Origin: Lacticaseibacillus nasuensis JCM 17158
Lineage (GTDB): Bacteria > Bacillota > Bacilli > Lactobacillales > Lactobacillaceae
Direction: 5' to 3'
NCBI RefSeq assembly: GCF_001434705.1
Contig: NZ_AZDJ01000013.1
Location: 140,542 to 204,541 of the forward strand
Length of the DNA stretch: 64,000 nt
Numbering within the stretch: the stretch's first letter is position 1; the number at the start of each line of letters is the position of its first letter. The notes below the pieces were generated by a model. It was given only the letters and a program-made list of their open reading frames with translations. It was not told the origin of the DNA and did no database searches. Both the position numbers and the translations under genes were made by a program. This document shows positions 31,495-44,426 of the stretch, piece by piece.

Positions 31495-33198
31495 ATGACA
31501 TACGATGGTTTTTTCACTCACGCCATGGTGGCAGAACTGCAGCCACTCGTCGGCGGCCGTGTGAGCAAGATTCAACAACCTTACCAAAACGAGGTGGTGC
31601 TGACCATCCGGGCCAACCGCAAGAATCAGCCGCTGTTGCTGTCGGCTTATCCGCAATACGCCCGGGTGCAAATTACTCGCATTCCCTTTGCGAATCCCGA
31701 GGTGCCGACAAACTTTGCGATGACGTTGCGAAAGTACCTGGCGGGCGCCGGGCTGGTGGCGCTGACGCAAGCGGCAAACGACCGCGTGATCTGGCTCGAT
31801 TTTTCCACGCGCGACGAACTTGGGGATGACCTGAGCCTGCGGTTAATTGTCGAAATGATGGGCCGGCATAGCAACATCACGCTGCTGAACCAAACCACCA
31901 ATCGCATCATCGACTTGATTCGCCACGTTGGCAGCGACCAGAATCGGTATCGTCTGTTGCTACCCGGTGCGACCTACGTCGAACCGCCGAAGCAAGATAA
32001 GGTCGATCCGTTTACCGATGATGCCACCGATTATCTCGAGTTGGTCCGGTCGGCCTCGCCGGACGTGCCGCTGATCAGCCTCTTGCAACGCCACTATCAA
32101 GGTCTGGCTGGCGACACCGCCGCAGAACTGGCCGCCCGCTTGTCAACGGCTGATCCGGCCGCGGCGTGGGAGCAATTTTTAGCAGGCTTTGATGCCCCGC
32201 AACCCACCATCACCACGGGGAAAAAGGTTAACTTTTCGGCCATCCCCTACCGCACTCTGGCTGGGGAGACGCAGACGTTTGCTACCCTTAGCGAGATGCT
32301 CGACGCGTTTTACGCGCAAAAAGCCGAGCACGATCGCGTCCAGCAGCTCGGCGGCAATCTGATTCATACTTTGCGTCTGCACATTGAACGCGATCAGAAA
32401 AAGCAAAAGAAACTCGCCGCCACGCTGCGTCAAAGCGCCAAGGCACAGGACTATCGCGTCCGCGGCGAGGTGCTCACCACTTACCTCAGTCAGGTGCAGC
32501 GCGGGATGACCAGCGTGACCCTGCCGAATTATTACGCCGACAACGCGCCGCTGACCATTGCGTTGTCGAATCAATTGACACCGTCGCAAAACGCCCAGAA
32601 ATATTTTACCAAGTATCAAAAGCTGCGCAATTCCGTGAGCTTCGTCACCGAACAAATGGCGCAAAACCAAGCTGAACTGGATTATTTGCAAGGCGTCATG
32701 GCCCAAATTGAGCTGGCGAGCCCGAAAGACTTGGCCGATATTCGCTTAGAACTGACTGAAGGCGGCTACCTCAAGGCGAAGCGTCAAGGCAAGAAGCCGG
32801 CGAAGCGGCAGAAAGTTGCCGCGCCGGAACAATTTTACGCCAGCGACGGCACCATCATCTGGGTCGGCAAAAACAATTTGCAAAACGACGCCTTAACCTT
32901 GCACAAGGCGAAGAAAACCGACATCTGGTTACACGCTAAAGACATCCCCGGCTCACACGTCATCATCGATAGTGCCGACCCCAGTGAGCAGACATTACTG
33001 GAAGCGGCTAACCTCGCGGCGTACTTCTCGAAATCCCGCGCGAGTGCCAATGTTCAAGTCGACTGGATCGAAGTGCGCAAGATTCGCAAACCCAACGGCG
33101 CCAAGCCTGGGTTCGTGGTTTACGAAGGCCAACGCACTGTGGCGGTGACGCCAGACGCGGCCCTGGTTGCCAAATTGCGCCAGCCCCCAACCCGCTGA
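31495..33198 (+). CDS. rqcH: RqcH / NFACT-family ribosome quality control protein (fibronectin-binding protein A homolog)
   Basis: RBS ggagg; MTYDGFFTHAMVAELQPLVGGRVSKIQQPYQNEVVLTIR... NFACT-N, coiled coil, NFACT-R. Confidence 0.85.
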   Translation: MTYDGFFTHAMVAELQPLVGGRVSKIQQPYQNEVVLTIRANRKNQPLLLSAYPQYARVQITRIPFANPEVPTNFAMTLRKYLAGAGLVALTQAANDRVIWLDFSTRDELGDDLSLRLIVEMMGRHSNITLLNQTTNRIIDLIRHVGSDQNRYRLLLPGATYVEPPKQDKVDPFTDDATDYLELVRSASPDVPLISLLQRHYQGLAGDTAAELAARLSTADPAAAWEQFLAGFDAPQPTITTGKKVNFSAIPYRTLAGETQTFATLSEMLDAFYAQKAEHDRVQQLGGNLIHTLRLHIERDQKKQKKLAATLRQSAKAQDYRVRGEVLTTYLSQVQRGMTSVTLPNYYADNAPLTIALSNQLTPSQNAQKYFTKYQKLRNSVSFVTEQMAQNQAELDYLQGVMAQIELASPKDLADIRLELTEGGYLKAKRQGKKPAKRQKVAAPEQFYASDGTIIWVGKNNLQNDALTLHKAKKTDIWLHAKDIPGSHVIIDSADPSEQTLLEAANLAAYFSKSRASANVQVDWIEVRKIRKPNGAKPGFVVYEGQRTVAVTPDAALVAKLRQPPTR

Positions 33199-33208
33199 CC
33201 AAGCAAAA

Positions 33209-33251
33209 AGTGCCATGCCTGCAGATTCTTGCAGACATGGCACTTTTTTTA
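33209..33251. terminator. bidirectional rho-independent terminator between rqcH (+) and pyrE (-)
   Basis: AGTGCCATG-...-CATGGCACT followed by TTTTTTT on the plus strand. Confidence 0.7.
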
Positions 33252-33881
33252 TGCCGGCCAGTGTGTCGGGTCTTGCCGCCACTGGTGTAACAAGGTGAGC
33301 TCCGCCTCGGTGATGTCGCCACGCTGACGCGCTACATCGATTAAGGTCGGATAATTCGTCAGCGTCGCAAAGGGAATCCCTGCGGCGGCAAAATTTGCCG
33401 TGCTGGCGGGTAACTGATAGCTGAAAATTGCGGCGACACCAATGACCGTAGCGCCGGCCCGGCTGGCGGCGGCTGCAGCTTGTAACACGGAACCGCCTGT
33501 GCTCAGCAAGTCATCAATTAACACCAATTTAGCCCCGGGTTGGAGCTGGCCTTCGATCTGTCTGCCTTGGCCGTGATCCTTTGGCTTGCTGCGAACATAG
33601 ACCAACGGCAGAGTCAGACGATCGGCGACTAACGCTGCATGGGGAATACCCGCGGTGGCCACCCCGCCAATCACATCGACGCTCGGCCATTGGGTGCGGA
33701 TTAAGTCGCTTAAACCCTCGGCAATCCGCGTGCGCACCGCTGGATAACTGATGGTAATGCGGTTGTCGGTATAAATCGGTGAATGGATCCCACTCGCCCA
33801 AGTATACGGATCATTCGGCCGCAACGTCACGGCACCGATGTCGAGTAGGTCAGCGGCGATGGTTTCTGCAATGTCAGTCAT
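33249..33881 (-). CDS. pyrE: orotate phosphoribosyltransferase
   Basis: PRPP-binding motif LVLIDDLLSTGGS; 210 aa. Confidence 0.95.
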   Translation of the reverse strand: MTDIAETIAADLLDIGAVTLRPNDPYTWASGIHSPIYTDNRITISYPAVRTRIAEGLSDLIRTQWPSVDVIGGVATAGIPHAALVADRLTLPLVYVRSKPKDHGQGRQIEGQLQPGAKLVLIDDLLSTGGSVLQAAAAASRAGATVIGVAAIFSYQLPASTANFAAAGIPFATLTNYPTLIDVARQRGDITEAELTLLHQWRQDPTHWPA

Positions 33882-34600
33882 GAGTCCTCCTTCTCACCGA
33901 GCCATGCTCGGCAAATCTCGTCGTACGCCGCAACAGGATCGACAGCTTGCGTGATGGGCCGACCCACGACGATGGCGTTGGCACCAAGCGCTTTTGCCTG
34001 AGCCGGGGTGGTCACGCGCACTTGATCATCGGCAACTGGTGTGGGCCGAATACCCGGTGTGACAATCAAAAATTCTGGTTTGGTCACCGCGCGAATCAAC
34101 GGCACTTCCCGGGCGCTGGCGACAACGCCGGCGCAGCCCGCCGCCTGGGCAATCGCCGCCAAGTGTTGAACGCTTGCGGCGACGCTGCCTGGAATCTGAA
34201 GCTGCGTGTTTAACATGCTTTGACTGGTCGAGGTGAGTTGCGTGATGGCGAGTAATTTTGGTGCCGGTAACCCAGCTTCAGCTGCGCCTGCCGCCAGGCC
34301 GCGATTGGCCGCCTGCAACATCGCCAGCCCCCCGGCGGCATGTGCAGTGGTCAGCTGAACCCCGAGGCGGCCGAGTTGAAAGGCGGCGCGTTCGACGGTA
34401 TGGGGAATGTCGTGAAGTTTCAAATCCAGAAAGATTTGAACGGGATGGACAGCCTGCAACCGGGCCAGCGCGGCTGGTCCGTTGCCATAATACAGTTCCA
34501 TGCCAATCTTAACAACCAGCGGCGTGCTGGACGCGAATCGCGCCAGCAACGCCGTGGCGTCAGTCAACGTCGGATAATCTAAGGCAATAATGGGTGGCAT
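33878..34600 (-). CDS. pyrF: orotidine 5'-phosphate decarboxylase
   Basis: MPPIIALDYPT...KIGMELYY...DLKLHDIP; overlaps pyrE start by 4 nt. Confidence 0.95.
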   Translation of the reverse strand: MPPIIALDYPTLTDATALLARFASSTPLVVKIGMELYYGNGPAALARLQAVHPVQIFLDLKLHDIPHTVERAAFQLGRLGVQLTTAHAAGGLAMLQAANRGLAAGAAEAGLPAPKLLAITQLTSTSQSMLNTQLQIPGSVAASVQHLAAIAQAAGCAGVVASAREVPLIRAVTKPEFLIVTPGIRPTPVADDQVRVTTPAQAKALGANAIVVGRPITQAVDPVAAYDEICRAWLGEKEDS

Positions 34601-34608
34601 ACTTCCTC

Positions 34609-37600
34609 CTAAAGCGGTGACGTGGCAAACGCTCGGCTTTCGAGCACGCGCAGAATCGCATCTGTGGTGTCGAGACTGGTTAACAGGGGTACGCCATGCA
34701 TGATGGCGGCTTGGCGGATGCGATACCCGTCGCTAGTGGTTGCCCGATCTTCACTGGTGGTGTTGACGACTAGCTGCAATTTATGGTCCGCAATGGCGTC
34801 GAGAATCGCGGTGTCCCCTGCCTCGCCGAGTTTGGCAATGGTGGTGACTGTGATGCCGGCGTCGTGTAGCGCAGCGGCGGTGCCGGCGGTCGCCACAATT
34901 TGGTAGCCGACCTCCCGGAAGCGCTTGGCCAACGCAACAGCGGTCGCCTTGTCGGCATCCGCCACCGTGATGAGTGCGGTTCCGAAAGTTGGCAGGTGCA
35001 TATGACTCGCCTCGAAGGCTTTATACAACGCTTTTTCAAGCGTCGTGTCGCTACCCATCACCTCGCCGGTAGACTTCATTTCCGGCCCGAGCATCGCATC
35101 GACGGCATTAAGCTTGGCAAAACTGAACACCGGAGCCTTAACGTGGACGCCTGGGCGTAACGGTAGAATCCCGGTGTGATAGCCGAGGTCTGTGAGCTTG
35201 ATGCCAAGAATTGCCTGCGTGGCGACTTGCGCCATGGCAATTCCCGTGACCTTGCTTAAAAACGGCACAGTGCGGCTGGCCCGCGGGTTGACTTCAATCA
35301 CATAGACCTTGCCTGCTTTGACAATGAACTGAATATTCATAATGCCGATGCAGTGTAACGCCTGGGCTAAAGCAATCGTAGCGGTTTCGATCTGATTGAT
35401 GACGGCTGGGGAAAAATCCTGCGGCGGGTAAACCGCCATCGAGTCGCCGGAATGAACGCCGGCGCGCTCAATATGTTCCATGATGCCGGGGATGACCACA
35501 GTCTCACCGTCACTAATGGCATCGACTTCACATTCGGTGCCGACCAGGTACTGATCGATCAGCACCGGATGGTCGTTGGATACCGATACCGCGCGGTCGA
35601 TGTAACTCGACAATTCCGTCGTATCGTGCACGATTTCCATCGCCCGGCCGCCGAGCACGTAGCTCGGCCGAACCAGTACGGGATAGCCGATGCGCTCGCC
35701 AATGGCAATTGCCTGTGCCTTATTCGTTGCGGTATCGCCGACAGGTTGCGGAATGTTCAGCGTTTTGATAATTTCATCGAAGCGGTCGCGGTCCTCGGCG
35801 GCGTCGAGGTCGTCGAGGCTGGTGCCAAGAATCTTCACGCCTGCTTTTGCCAGCGGCCCCGCCAAGTTGATTGCAGTTTGGCCGCCGAATTGGACGATGA
35901 CACCGGCTGGTTGCTCTAAATCAGTCACGTTCAGCACGTCTTCGAGGGTCAACGGTTCAAAGTAGAGTTTATCGGAAATCGAGAAGTCAGTGGACACCGT
36001 TTCTGGATTCGAATTCATAATGATGGCTTCGTACCCGGCCTTTTGCAGGGCCTTGACACAATGCACCGTGGCGTAGTCGAATTCCACGCCTTGACCGATG
36101 CGAATTGGGCCACTACCGAGTACCAGGACGCTTTCTCTGGCGCTGCGCGTGCTTTCCGTTTCGTTTTCGTAGGTGCTGTAGAAATATGGCGTCGTTGACT
36201 CGAATTCTCCGGCGCAGGTGTCGACCATTTTATACACCGGCACGATGCCAGCTTCCTTGCGCATGGTGCGGACTTGTGCGGCGGTGAGGTGCCAGTATAA
36301 CGCGATAGTCGCATCGGCGAAACCGTTGCGCTTGGCGACTGGCAGTAGCGTCAAGTCGCCAGGATGTGCCTGCAACTCACCTTCTAGGGCGACGATGTGT
36401 TGAATTTTGGCCAGGAAAAACGGATTGATCTTGGTGAGCTCGGCGACTTCGCTTAAGGTGAAGTCGCGCCGGAAAGCCTCAGCGATGTAAAATAATCGCT
36501 CATCCGTGACGGTAATCAGATTGTCGGTAATCGTCTCGTCGTTGGCGGCAGCAACGTCTGCCTGCCAAAGGTGGGTAGCCCCCACTTCTAGCCCGCGCAC
36601 AGCCTTCAGCAAACTTTCTTCGATGGTGCGCCCAATGGCCATCACTTCACCGGTGGCCTTCATTTGGGTGCCGAGGCGGCGGTCACCACTTTCGAACTTA
36701 TCAAACGGGAACCGCGGAATCTTCGCGACAACGTAGTCGAGCATGGGTTCAAATTCGGCGTAGGTGGCGTCGGTGATTGGGTTTTTAATTTCGTCGAGGT
36801 GTAAGCCGACAGCAATCTTGGCGGCCATTTTGGCGATGGGATAGCCAGTGGCTTTGCTGGCCAAGGCGCTTGAGCGTGAGACCCGCGGGTTGACCTCGAT
36901 GACGTAGTACTTGAAACTGTTTGGGTCGAGCGCTAGTTGGACGTTGCAGCCGCCTTCGATTTTTAAGGCCCGAATGATGCGCAGACTGGCGTCGCGCAGC
37001 ATCTGCACCTCTTTATCGGTCAGGGTTTGAACCGGTGCGAAGACAATCGAATCGCCGGTATGGACGCCGACGGGATCGAAGTTTTCCATGTTGCAGACGA
37101 CCATGGCGTTGTCGGCGGCATCGCGCATCACCTCAAACTCAATTTCCTTGTAACCCGCAATGGAGCGTTCGATGAGCACCTGGTGCACTGGACTGAGCGA
37201 CAAGCCGTTTTCGGTGATGCGGGCGAGCTCAGCGGCAGTCTTAGCGATGCCGCCTCCGGTGCCGCCCATGGTGAAGGCCGGCCGAACAATCACGGGGAAC
37301 CCGATGTGCTCCGCAAACGCGCGGGCTTCGGCAAAGTCATGCGCAATGGCGGATTCGGGAATGGGTTCGTGCAGCGATTGCATGAGATTCTTGAACAGTT
37401 CACGGTCTTCAGCCTGGTCGATGGCAGACAGCTTGGTGCCCAGCAACTCGATATTCAGCTCGTCAAGGATGCCGGCATTAGCTAGACTCATGGCGAGGTT
37501 TAAGCCGATTTGGCCACCGATGGTCGGGAGGATGGCGTCGGGCAGTTCCTTTCGCAGAATGCGGCTGACAAACTCCACGGTTAGCGGCTCGATGTAGACC

Positions 37601-37788
37601 TGATCGGCGATTTCCTTGTCGGTCATGATGGTCGCAGGGTTGGAGTTCACCAGGACGACTTCATAGCCTTCTTCCTTCAGCGCCAGGCACGCCTGGGTGC
37701 CGGAATAATCGAACTCGGCGGCTTGGCCGATGATGATTGGGCCGCTGCCGATGACCAGGATTTTATGAATGTCAGTGCGTTTAGGCAT
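34609..37788 (-). CDS. carB: carbamoyl-phosphate synthase large subunit
   Basis: 1059 aa, duplicated ATP-grasp domains, MGS-like C-terminus. Confidence 0.95.
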   Translation of the reverse strand: MPKRTDIHKILVIGSGPIIIGQAAEFDYSGTQACLALKEEGYEVVLVNSNPATIMTDKEIADQVYIEPLTVEFVSRILRKELPDAILPTIGGQIGLNLAMSLANAGILDELNIELLGTKLSAIDQAEDRELFKNLMQSLHEPIPESAIAHDFAEARAFAEHIGFPVIVRPAFTMGGTGGGIAKTAAELARITENGLSLSPVHQVLIERSIAGYKEIEFEVMRDAADNAMVVCNMENFDPVGVHTGDSIVFAPVQTLTDKEVQMLRDASLRIIRALKIEGGCNVQLALDPNSFKYYVIEVNPRVSRSSALASKATGYPIAKMAAKIAVGLHLDEIKNPITDATYAEFEPMLDYVVAKIPRFPFDKFESGDRRLGTQMKATGEVMAIGRTIEESLLKAVRGLEVGATHLWQADVAAANDETITDNLITVTDERLFYIAEAFRRDFTLSEVAELTKINPFFLAKIQHIVALEGELQAHPGDLTLLPVAKRNGFADATIALYWHLTAAQVRTMRKEAGIVPVYKMVDTCAGEFESTTPYFYSTYENETESTRSARESVLVLGSGPIRIGQGVEFDYATVHCVKALQKAGYEAIIMNSNPETVSTDFSISDKLYFEPLTLEDVLNVTDLEQPAGVIVQFGGQTAINLAGPLAKAGVKILGTSLDDLDAAEDRDRFDEIIKTLNIPQPVGDTATNKAQAIAIGERIGYPVLVRPSYVLGGRAMEIVHDTTELSSYIDRAVSVSNDHPVLIDQYLVGTECEVDAISDGETVVIPGIMEHIERAGVHSGDSMAVYPPQDFSPAVINQIETATIALAQALHCIGIMNIQFIVKAGKVYVIEVNPRASRTVPFLSKVTGIAMAQVATQAILGIKLTDLGYHTGILPLRPGVHVKAPVFSFAKLNAVDAMLGPEMKSTGEVMGSDTTLEKALYKAFEASHMHLPTFGTALITVADADKATAVALAKRFREVGYQIVATAGTAAALHDAGITVTTIAKLGEAGDTAILDAIADHKLQLVVNTTSEDRATTSDGYRIRQAAIMHGVPLLTSLDTTDAILRVLESRAFATSPL

Positions 37789-38869
37789 GTGTCGTGTCCT
37801 TTCCCCGATTAAAAGCGTCCATCATTTCCATGAACTCGTCGAATAGGTGTGCTGCATCGTGCGGGCCAGGTGCGGCGTCTGGGTGAAACTGAACGGAAAA
37901 TGCTGGGTACAACCGGTGCCGTAAGCCTTCGACGGTATGATCGTTGATCTCTTCATGAGTCACGAGCAATGTCGCCGGGTCGATGCTGGCCGGGTCAACC
38001 GCGTAACCGTGGTTTTGGCTCGTGAAGTCGATTCGCCCAGTGGCAATTTCTCGGACAGGGTGGTTGAATCCGCGATGACCAAACTTCATTTTGAAGGTAT
38101 CTGCGCCGTTCGCCAAGGCGAAGAGCTGGTGACCTAGGCAAATCCCAAACAATGGAATCTCTCCTTCCACCCCGCGAATCATCGTCAGCGCCTCGGGGAC
38201 ATCTTTAGGGTCGCCGGGGCCATTCGTGAGCATCACGCCATCTGGGTGTAACGCAAGGATTTCCTCTGCGGTCGTAGTTGGTGGCATGATGGTGAGATTG
38301 CAGGACCGCTTCGCCAGCTCGCGCAAGATACTGTGTTTCAGCCCGAAATCGATCACCACGACGTTGCGTCCCGTGCCTGGTGCCGGATATGCTTGCGTGG
38401 TCGCGACCTGTTGGACTTGGTTCTTCGGCAAGACGAGCGCCTTGAGTTGATCGAAGGCGTGCGCGTCGGCGGCGTCGACAATGCTGGCCTTCATTGTACC
38501 GGCCGTGCGCAACCGCCGCGTTAATGCCCGCGTGTCAATGCCCATGATGCCGGGGATGTGTTTGCGTTTTAAAAATTCATCCAACGTCATTTGCGCTCGC
38601 CAGTTACCTGTCACCGTGGCCGCCTCGCGAACCACGACCCCTTTAGCCGTTGGGGTAATACTTTCGTAGTCATCACGGTTGATGCCGGCGTTACCAATGA
38701 GCGGATAGGTGAACGCAATGATTTGACCGTTGTAACTTTGATCGGTAATCGTTTCCTGATAGCCACTCATGCCGGTATTAAACACGATTTCGCCGGTCGT
38801 AACGGTTTCGGCACCGAAGCCTTCGCCGGGATACACCGTTCCGTCTTCGAGAATTAAATAGCGTTTCAC
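37781..38869 (-). CDS. carA: carbamoyl-phosphate synthase small (glutamine amidotransferase) subunit
   Basis: GATase triad region GICLGHQL...H. Confidence 0.95.
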   Translation of the reverse strand: MKRYLILEDGTVYPGEGFGAETVTTGEIVFNTGMSGYQETITDQSYNGQIIAFTYPLIGNAGINRDDYESITPTAKGVVVREAATVTGNWRAQMTLDEFLKRKHIPGIMGIDTRALTRRLRTAGTMKASIVDAADAHAFDQLKALVLPKNQVQQVATTQAYPAPGTGRNVVVIDFGLKHSILRELAKRSCNLTIMPPTTTAEEILALHPDGVMLTNGPGDPKDVPEALTMIRGVEGEIPLFGICLGHQLFALANGADTFKMKFGHRGFNHPVREIATGRIDFTSQNHGYAVDPASIDPATLLVTHEEINDHTVEGLRHRLYPAFSVQFHPDAAPGPHDAAHLFDEFMEMMDAFNRGKDTTHA

Positions 38870-38878
38870 GATTGCCTC

Positions 38879-40132
38879 CTATTCTGTCCAGGCGACCTGG
38901 CCGCTGGCGATGGTCTTCACTACAGCGCCTGTGTATGGCCGACCAATAAACGGACTGTTGTGGCCTTTAGACAACCAGGTGTGATCATCGATGGTGCCTT
39001 GGCGGTTTAAATCAACCAGGGTGACATCAGCTGGCGCGCCAACAATTAGTTTGCCAGCAGGCAGACCAAATGCGGTTGCCGGTGCGCTGCTGAGCCAGTT
39101 CACCAGCTGAGCCAGCGTGAACATCTTGGTGGTGACGAACTGGGTGTACAGCAGGCTGAAGGCCGTCTCCAAGCCGACGATGCCAAATGCTGCGGTGGCC
39201 ATCGACCCGGTCTTATCCGCCGCGGTGTGCGGCGCGTGGTCCGTTGCAATCATGTCGAGTGTCCCGTCGGCTAGTCCTTCAATTAACGCGAGGTGGTCGG
39301 CACGCGAGCGCAACGGTGGGTTCATCTTAAAGGCCGGGTCGTCAGCGTGGATGTCGGTTTCGTCCAGCAATAAGTGGTGCGGCGTAACTTCGGCAGTAAC
39401 GTGCACGCCCGCCGCCTTCGCCGCCCGAATCAAGGCAACACTTTCTTTGGTCGAAATGTGGCAGGCGTGGTAGTGAACGTTAGTCGCCGCAGCTAATTCG
39501 AGATCACGCGCTAGTTGCGCCGACTCGGCCACATTGGGAATGCCTGGCAGGTTGAGCTTTTTGGCCAGCTTGCCCGCATTGACTACCCCATGTTGCATCA
39601 GGCCCTCGTCTTCGATGTGGGCGGCAATCGGCAGATTTAAGTGCTGTGCGGCCGTCATCGCCGCGGCCATAGTCGCGGCGTCTTGGACGCCGTTGCCGTC
39701 GTTAGAAAACCCGAAAGCTCCGGCGGCTTTTAAGGCAGCCATGTCGACGCTTTGCGTGCTGGTCCGCCCTTTGGTGATGGCTGCCCACTGCTTAACGTGA
39801 ATCGGCACCGCCGCATTGCGCTTCGTTATGTCAACGAAGTCCGCAACATTATCGGGGACGGGGTTCACGTTCGGCATGGCCACGACGGTCGTGTAACCGC
39901 CATGTGCTGCAGCCGCTGCGCCGGTGGCAATCGTTTCTTTTGCAGTAAAGCCTGGCTCGCGAAAATGGACATGAACATCGACGAACCCTGGCAACGCGGT
40001 GAGGCCTGTGCCGTCGATGATGGTATCTCCGTTTAGGTGCTGACCAAACGCGGCAAAGCGGCCGTTAGCGATGAGAATGTCCCCGGTGTAGGCCAAGGTG
40101 GGCACGGCAACATTTTGAATGACAGTGGTCAT
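38879..40132 (-). CDS. pyrC: dihydroorotase
   Basis: RBS ggagg; MTTVIQNV...; metal-binding HVHFREPG. Confidence 0.9.
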   Translation of the reverse strand: MTTVIQNVAVPTLAYTGDILIANGRFAAFGQHLNGDTIIDGTGLTALPGFVDVHVHFREPGFTAKETIATGAAAAAHGGYTTVVAMPNVNPVPDNVADFVDITKRNAAVPIHVKQWAAITKGRTSTQSVDMAALKAAGAFGFSNDGNGVQDAATMAAAMTAAQHLNLPIAAHIEDEGLMQHGVVNAGKLAKKLNLPGIPNVAESAQLARDLELAAATNVHYHACHISTKESVALIRAAKAAGVHVTAEVTPHHLLLDETDIHADDPAFKMNPPLRSRADHLALIEGLADGTLDMIATDHAPHTAADKTGSMATAAFGIVGLETAFSLLYTQFVTTKMFTLAQLVNWLSSAPATAFGLPAGKLIVGAPADVTLVDLNRQGTIDDHTWLSKGHNSPFIGRPYTGAVVKTIASGQVAWTE

Positions 40133-40142
40133 CGACTTCCTC

Positions 40143-41045
40143 CTATTTAAACAGCCATTCGAGCATGGCCATGCGCATGAACACCCCATTTTTCATCTGG
40201 GTGAAGATTCGTGATTGCGGACCGGTGACTAGGCTGCTGGCCAGCTCGACATCGCGGTTGACGGGTGCTGGGTGCATGATAATGGCTTGCTTGGGCATGG
40301 TCGCGGCTAACTCCTCGGTCAACCCAAATTGTGCATGATAATTAGCCGCGGAAAATTCACGGGTTTCCGCTTCGGTTAAGCGTTCGAGCTGAACTCGTAG
40401 CAACATTAATACGTCTACCTGCGGAACCAATTCTTTCAGTGGTACGTATGGCCCGTATTCAGCGAAGTCTGCTGTGTACCAGGCTTTAGGCCCGGAGAAT
40501 GTAACCTGTGCGCCGAGTTTCGTGAGCATGGCCATGTCGCTTCTGGCCACGCGAGAATGGGCTAAGTCACCAACGATGCCAACGCGCAGGCCAGCAAAGT
40601 GGCCGAATTCCTCGTGAATGGTCATCAGATCTAGCATCATTTGTGAAGGATGTTGTCCTGCCCCGTCGCCGGCATTCATCAGGTGCAATGGCACGTCGGC
40701 AGCGATCAATGGCGTGTAATAGGCGTCTTCTGGATGGCGAATCACGGCGACGTTGACGCCGATGGCCGCAATAGTCCGTAAGGTGTCTTCGAGTGTTTCA
40801 CCCTTGGTCACTGAGCTGTGAGTCGGATCGAAGGGGATGACGGTCATGCCTAGCTTGCGCTCCGCCATTTCAAAACTGGTATGCGTGCGCGTGCTCGCTT
40901 CGAAAAATAAGTTGCTGGCATACACCGGTTGGGTCAGTTGCGGTTCCGCGCCGGCCTTGAACGCTTCGGCGCGAGCAATCAACTGATCGGCAAATGCAGG
41001 CGTGACCTGATCTGCGGAGACAAAATGTTTATTTGGCATCGCCAT
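40143..41045 (-). CDS. pyrB: aspartate carbamoyltransferase catalytic subunit
   Basis: STRTR motif ([16 protein letters not shown]), HPxQ. Confidence 0.95.
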   Translation of the reverse strand: MAMPNKHFVSADQVTPAFADQLIARAEAFKAGAEPQLTQPVYASNLFFEASTRTHTSFEMAERKLGMTVIPFDPTHSSVTKGETLEDTLRTIAAIGVNVAVIRHPEDAYYTPLIAADVPLHLMNAGDGAGQHPSQMMLDLMTIHEEFGHFAGLRVGIVGDLAHSRVARSDMAMLTKLGAQVTFSGPKAWYTADFAEYGPYVPLKELVPQVDVLMLLRVQLERLTEAETREFSAANYHAQFGLTEELAATMPKQAIIMHPAPVNRDVELASSLVTGPQSRIFTQMKNGVFMRMAMLEWLFK

Positions 41046-42333
41046 TGGCCTCCTCGTTTGCCGCGTGCTTCGGTAGGATGAAGTTCATCAAGATGCCTAA
41101 CACGGTGGCAATCGCCAAACCGGAGAACGTGTAGCCGCCGACTTGTAAGCTGGCATTGCCGATCCCGATGACCAAGATGGTCGAGCCAATCATCAAGTTA
41201 CGCTTCAGCCCGAAGTCGACCTTGTTATCGATGAGGACCTTCAGTCCGTTGCTGGCGATGACGCCGAATAGCAGAAAGGATATGCCGCCGATGACGGGGC
41301 TAGGAATCGTCCGAATCAACGCGCTGAGTTTACCAATAAAGGCGAAGAGGACGGCGAACATGCCGGCACCGGCGAGAACGTAAACGCTGTGAACCTTAGT
41401 CATGGCCATGACGCCGATGTTTTCCCCGTATGAGGTCACCGGTGGGCCACCGACGAAGCCGGCGATGATTGATGCCGTGCCATCACCCGCCAAGGTATGG
41501 TTCAAGCCTGGATCTTTAAAGAAGTTGCGGTGAGTCATTTCGTTGAGCACCATGATGTGCCCCATATGCTCGGTCATGGTCACAAAGGCAATCGGCGCCA
41601 TGGATAGGACCGCGCCCCAGTAAAATTGCGGATGGTAGGTAACAAACGGAATCTGAAAGTCTGGCAGACTGAACCAGGCCGCTTGAGTCACCGGCGTGAA
41701 ATCGACGACGCCGAACAGAAGAGCCACGATGTAGCCAGTGATAAGTCCCAAGAGAATCGGCAACAAGCTGATAAATTTTTTCAGGTACATGTTGTAAACG
41801 ATAGTGGCCGCCAGTGTAATCAGCGCCACCGCAAAATATTTCAAATCGTAGACACTTTTGGTAGCGGACACGGCACGCATCGTCGCGTCGGTGGCAGCCG
41901 TCCCAGCCAAACTTAGGCCGATGACCATGACAATCGGGCCGACGACGATTGGCGGCAAGGCTTTGTCGATCCAGGCCGACCCGGCGAAGTTCACAATCAG
42001 GGCAACAATCAGATACACCACCCCAACGGCGACGGTGCCTTGGGCGATACCTGGATAGCCGGTGGTTTTCATCAATGATTGCATGACCACGATGAAAGAA
42101 AAACTCGAGCCCATGTAGGCGGGAATCTTACCTCGGGTGATCAGGATGTAAATTAACGTCCCAACCCCGCTAGAAAACAGCGCAATGCTTGGGTCCAGGC
42201 CAACGAGAATGGGAACCAAAACGGTGGAGCCAAACATAGCGAACAGGTGCTGAATCGATAGGCCAAACCAGTGACCTATCGATGGGCGGTCATGAATGTC
42301 GAGCACCACGGAATCATCATGAAATTCTGCCAT
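41029..42333 (-). CDS. pyrP: uracil permease (NCS2 family)
   Basis: [45 protein letters not shown]; start 1 nt after pyrR stop with RBS ggagg inside pyrR. Confidence 0.9.
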   Translation of the reverse strand: MAEFHDDSVVLDIHDRPSIGHWFGLSIQHLFAMFGSTVLVPILVGLDPSIALFSSGVGTLIYILITRGKIPAYMGSSFSFIVVMQSLMKTTGYPGIAQGTVAVGVVYLIVALIVNFAGSAWIDKALPPIVVGPIVMVIGLSLAGTAATDATMRAVSATKSVYDLKYFAVALITLAATIVYNMYLKKFISLLPILLGLITGYIVALLFGVVDFTPVTQAAWFSLPDFQIPFVTYHPQFYWGAVLSMAPIAFVTMTEHMGHIMVLNEMTHRNFFKDPGLNHTLAGDGTASIIAGFVGGPPVTSYGENIGVMAMTKVHSVYVLAGAGMFAVLFAFIGKLSALIRTIPSPVIGGISFLLFGVIASNGLKVLIDNKVDFGLKRNLMIGSTILVIGIGNASLQVGGYTFSGLAIATVLGILMNFILPKHAANEEANGDAK

Positions 42334-42334
42334 C

Positions 42335-43020
<686 letters not shown>

Positions 43021-43052
43021 TAGTTAAAGGTGCTTGTTAAGTTGGTCCTAGC

Positions 43053-43967
43053 TTACCGAACCACCCGAGTCTTGTCAATGCCTTGTTGTAAATCTATCAG
43101 CATCTGGGCAAAATTGGCGGGCGGAGCGACGGTGAACGCAAGCGCCGCCTCACTGACTGGATGAGTGAACCCCAACGTTGCCGCGTGCAAATATTGCCCT
43201 GCCCCAGGTAAGGTCCGCGCCGGCGCATACAGCGGATCACCTGCCACAGGATGGTGAATGTAGGCCATGTGGACTCGAATTTGGTGCGTGCGTCCGGTAT
43301 CGAGGACGCACTTCACCAAACTGTAATGATTGTACGTGGCCAGGACTTGAAAATGCGTCACTGCACGGCGACCGTCCGCCACCACCGCCTGTTTCTTCCG
43401 GTCTTTCGGTGAGCGGCCCAGTGGCGCGTCGATGGTCCCGGCAGTTTCGTTAAAGGTCCCGTGGACGATGGCCAAGTATTCGCGCAAGTTCGTCTTCGCC
43501 TTAAGTTGCGCGGCGAGGCTGACTTGGGCCTGCGCCGTTTTGGCCACCATCAACAAGCCACTCGTGTCCTTGTCGATGCGATGCACAATGCCGGGGCGTA
43601 AGACGTCGTTGATGCCACTGAAGGTTGTGTGCGCAAGCAGCCCGTTGACCAGCGTATGATCAGGATGGCCGGGCGCGGGGTGCACCACCATGCCCTGCGG
43701 CTTGTTGACGACAATGACGGCATCATCTTCATACACAATCGCCAGCGGCATCGCTTCCGGAACAGCCGCCAGCGGTGTGGGAACCGGCGGCGTGACGACA
43801 ATCATGTCGCCGGGTTGCACCTTATATTTCGCGACGGCAACCGTCTCGTTAACCGTCACAAGGTTGCGCTCCAGCCATTTTTGGGCCTGCGAGCGCGTGA
43901 CGTCGGGTAGCATTGTGCTGAGTACTTTATCCAACCGCCCGCTTTGGGTCGTAATTGTGAGTTTCAT
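43053..43967 (-). CDS. rluD: RluA-family 23S rRNA pseudouridine synthase (RluD-like)
   Basis: N-terminal S4 domain; catalytic region HRIDKDTSGLLMVAK; lspA-rluD-pyrR synteny as in Bacillus. Confidence 0.85.
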   Translation of the reverse strand: MKLTITTQSGRLDKVLSTMLPDVTRSQAQKWLERNLVTVNETVAVAKYKVQPGDMIVVTPPVPTPLAAVPEAMPLAIVYEDDAVIVVNKPQGMVVHPAPGHPDHTLVNGLLAHTTFSGINDVLRPGIVHRIDKDTSGLLMVAKTAQAQVSLAAQLKAKTNLREYLAIVHGTFNETAGTIDAPLGRSPKDRKKQAVVADGRRAVTHFQVLATYNHYSLVKCVLDTGRTHQIRVHMAYIHHPVAGDPLYAPARTLPGAGQYLHAATLGFTHPVSEAALAFTVAPPANFAQMLIDLQQGIDKTRVVR

Positions 43968-44416
43968 GCTTTGGCCTGCTGATCAAAAAAGATAAGGTGG
44001 ATCACCACGGCAATGACCCCGATGGTTAAGCACGCGTCGGCGACGTTAAAAATGGCGAAGTTCATGAAGTCGACTTGAAACATGTCGGTGACGTACTGCT
44101 GGCGGATCCGGTCGATAAAATTACCAATTGCCCCGGCAAAAATTAAAGTTAGTCCGATGCGGTACAACAGGTGGCCGCGACTATCACGCCACAACACTGC
44201 CACGACAACTAAGGCAATGATGGTGATAATATAAAAGACCCACTGCTGCCCTTCGAGAATCGAAAATGCCGCCCCGGTGTTTTGAATGTGGGTCAAGCTG
44301 ATGATATGCGGAATCAACGTGACGGTTTGCCCGATGGCGAGATTGGCCACCACCCAGGCCTTGACCAATTGATCTAACCCTATCAGGCCGACTGCTAAAA
44401 TCACGTACCAAACCAC
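43964..44416 (-). CDS. lspA: lipoprotein signal peptidase (signal peptidase II)
   Basis: RBS aggagg + GTG start gives MVWYVILAVGLIGLDQLVKAWV..., matching the LspA N-terminus; conserved NTGAAFSIL and FNVADACL motifs. Track start at 44464 would overlap fhs. Confidence 0.85.
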   Translation of the reverse strand: MVWYVILAVGLIGLDQLVKAWVVANLAIGQTVTLIPHIISLTHIQNTGAAFSILEGQQWVFYIITIIALVVVAVLWRDSRGHLLYRIGLTLIFAGAIGNFIDRIRQQYVTDMFQVDFMNFAIFNVADACLTIGVIAVVIHLIFFDQQAKA

Positions 44417-44426
44417 GACGTTCCTC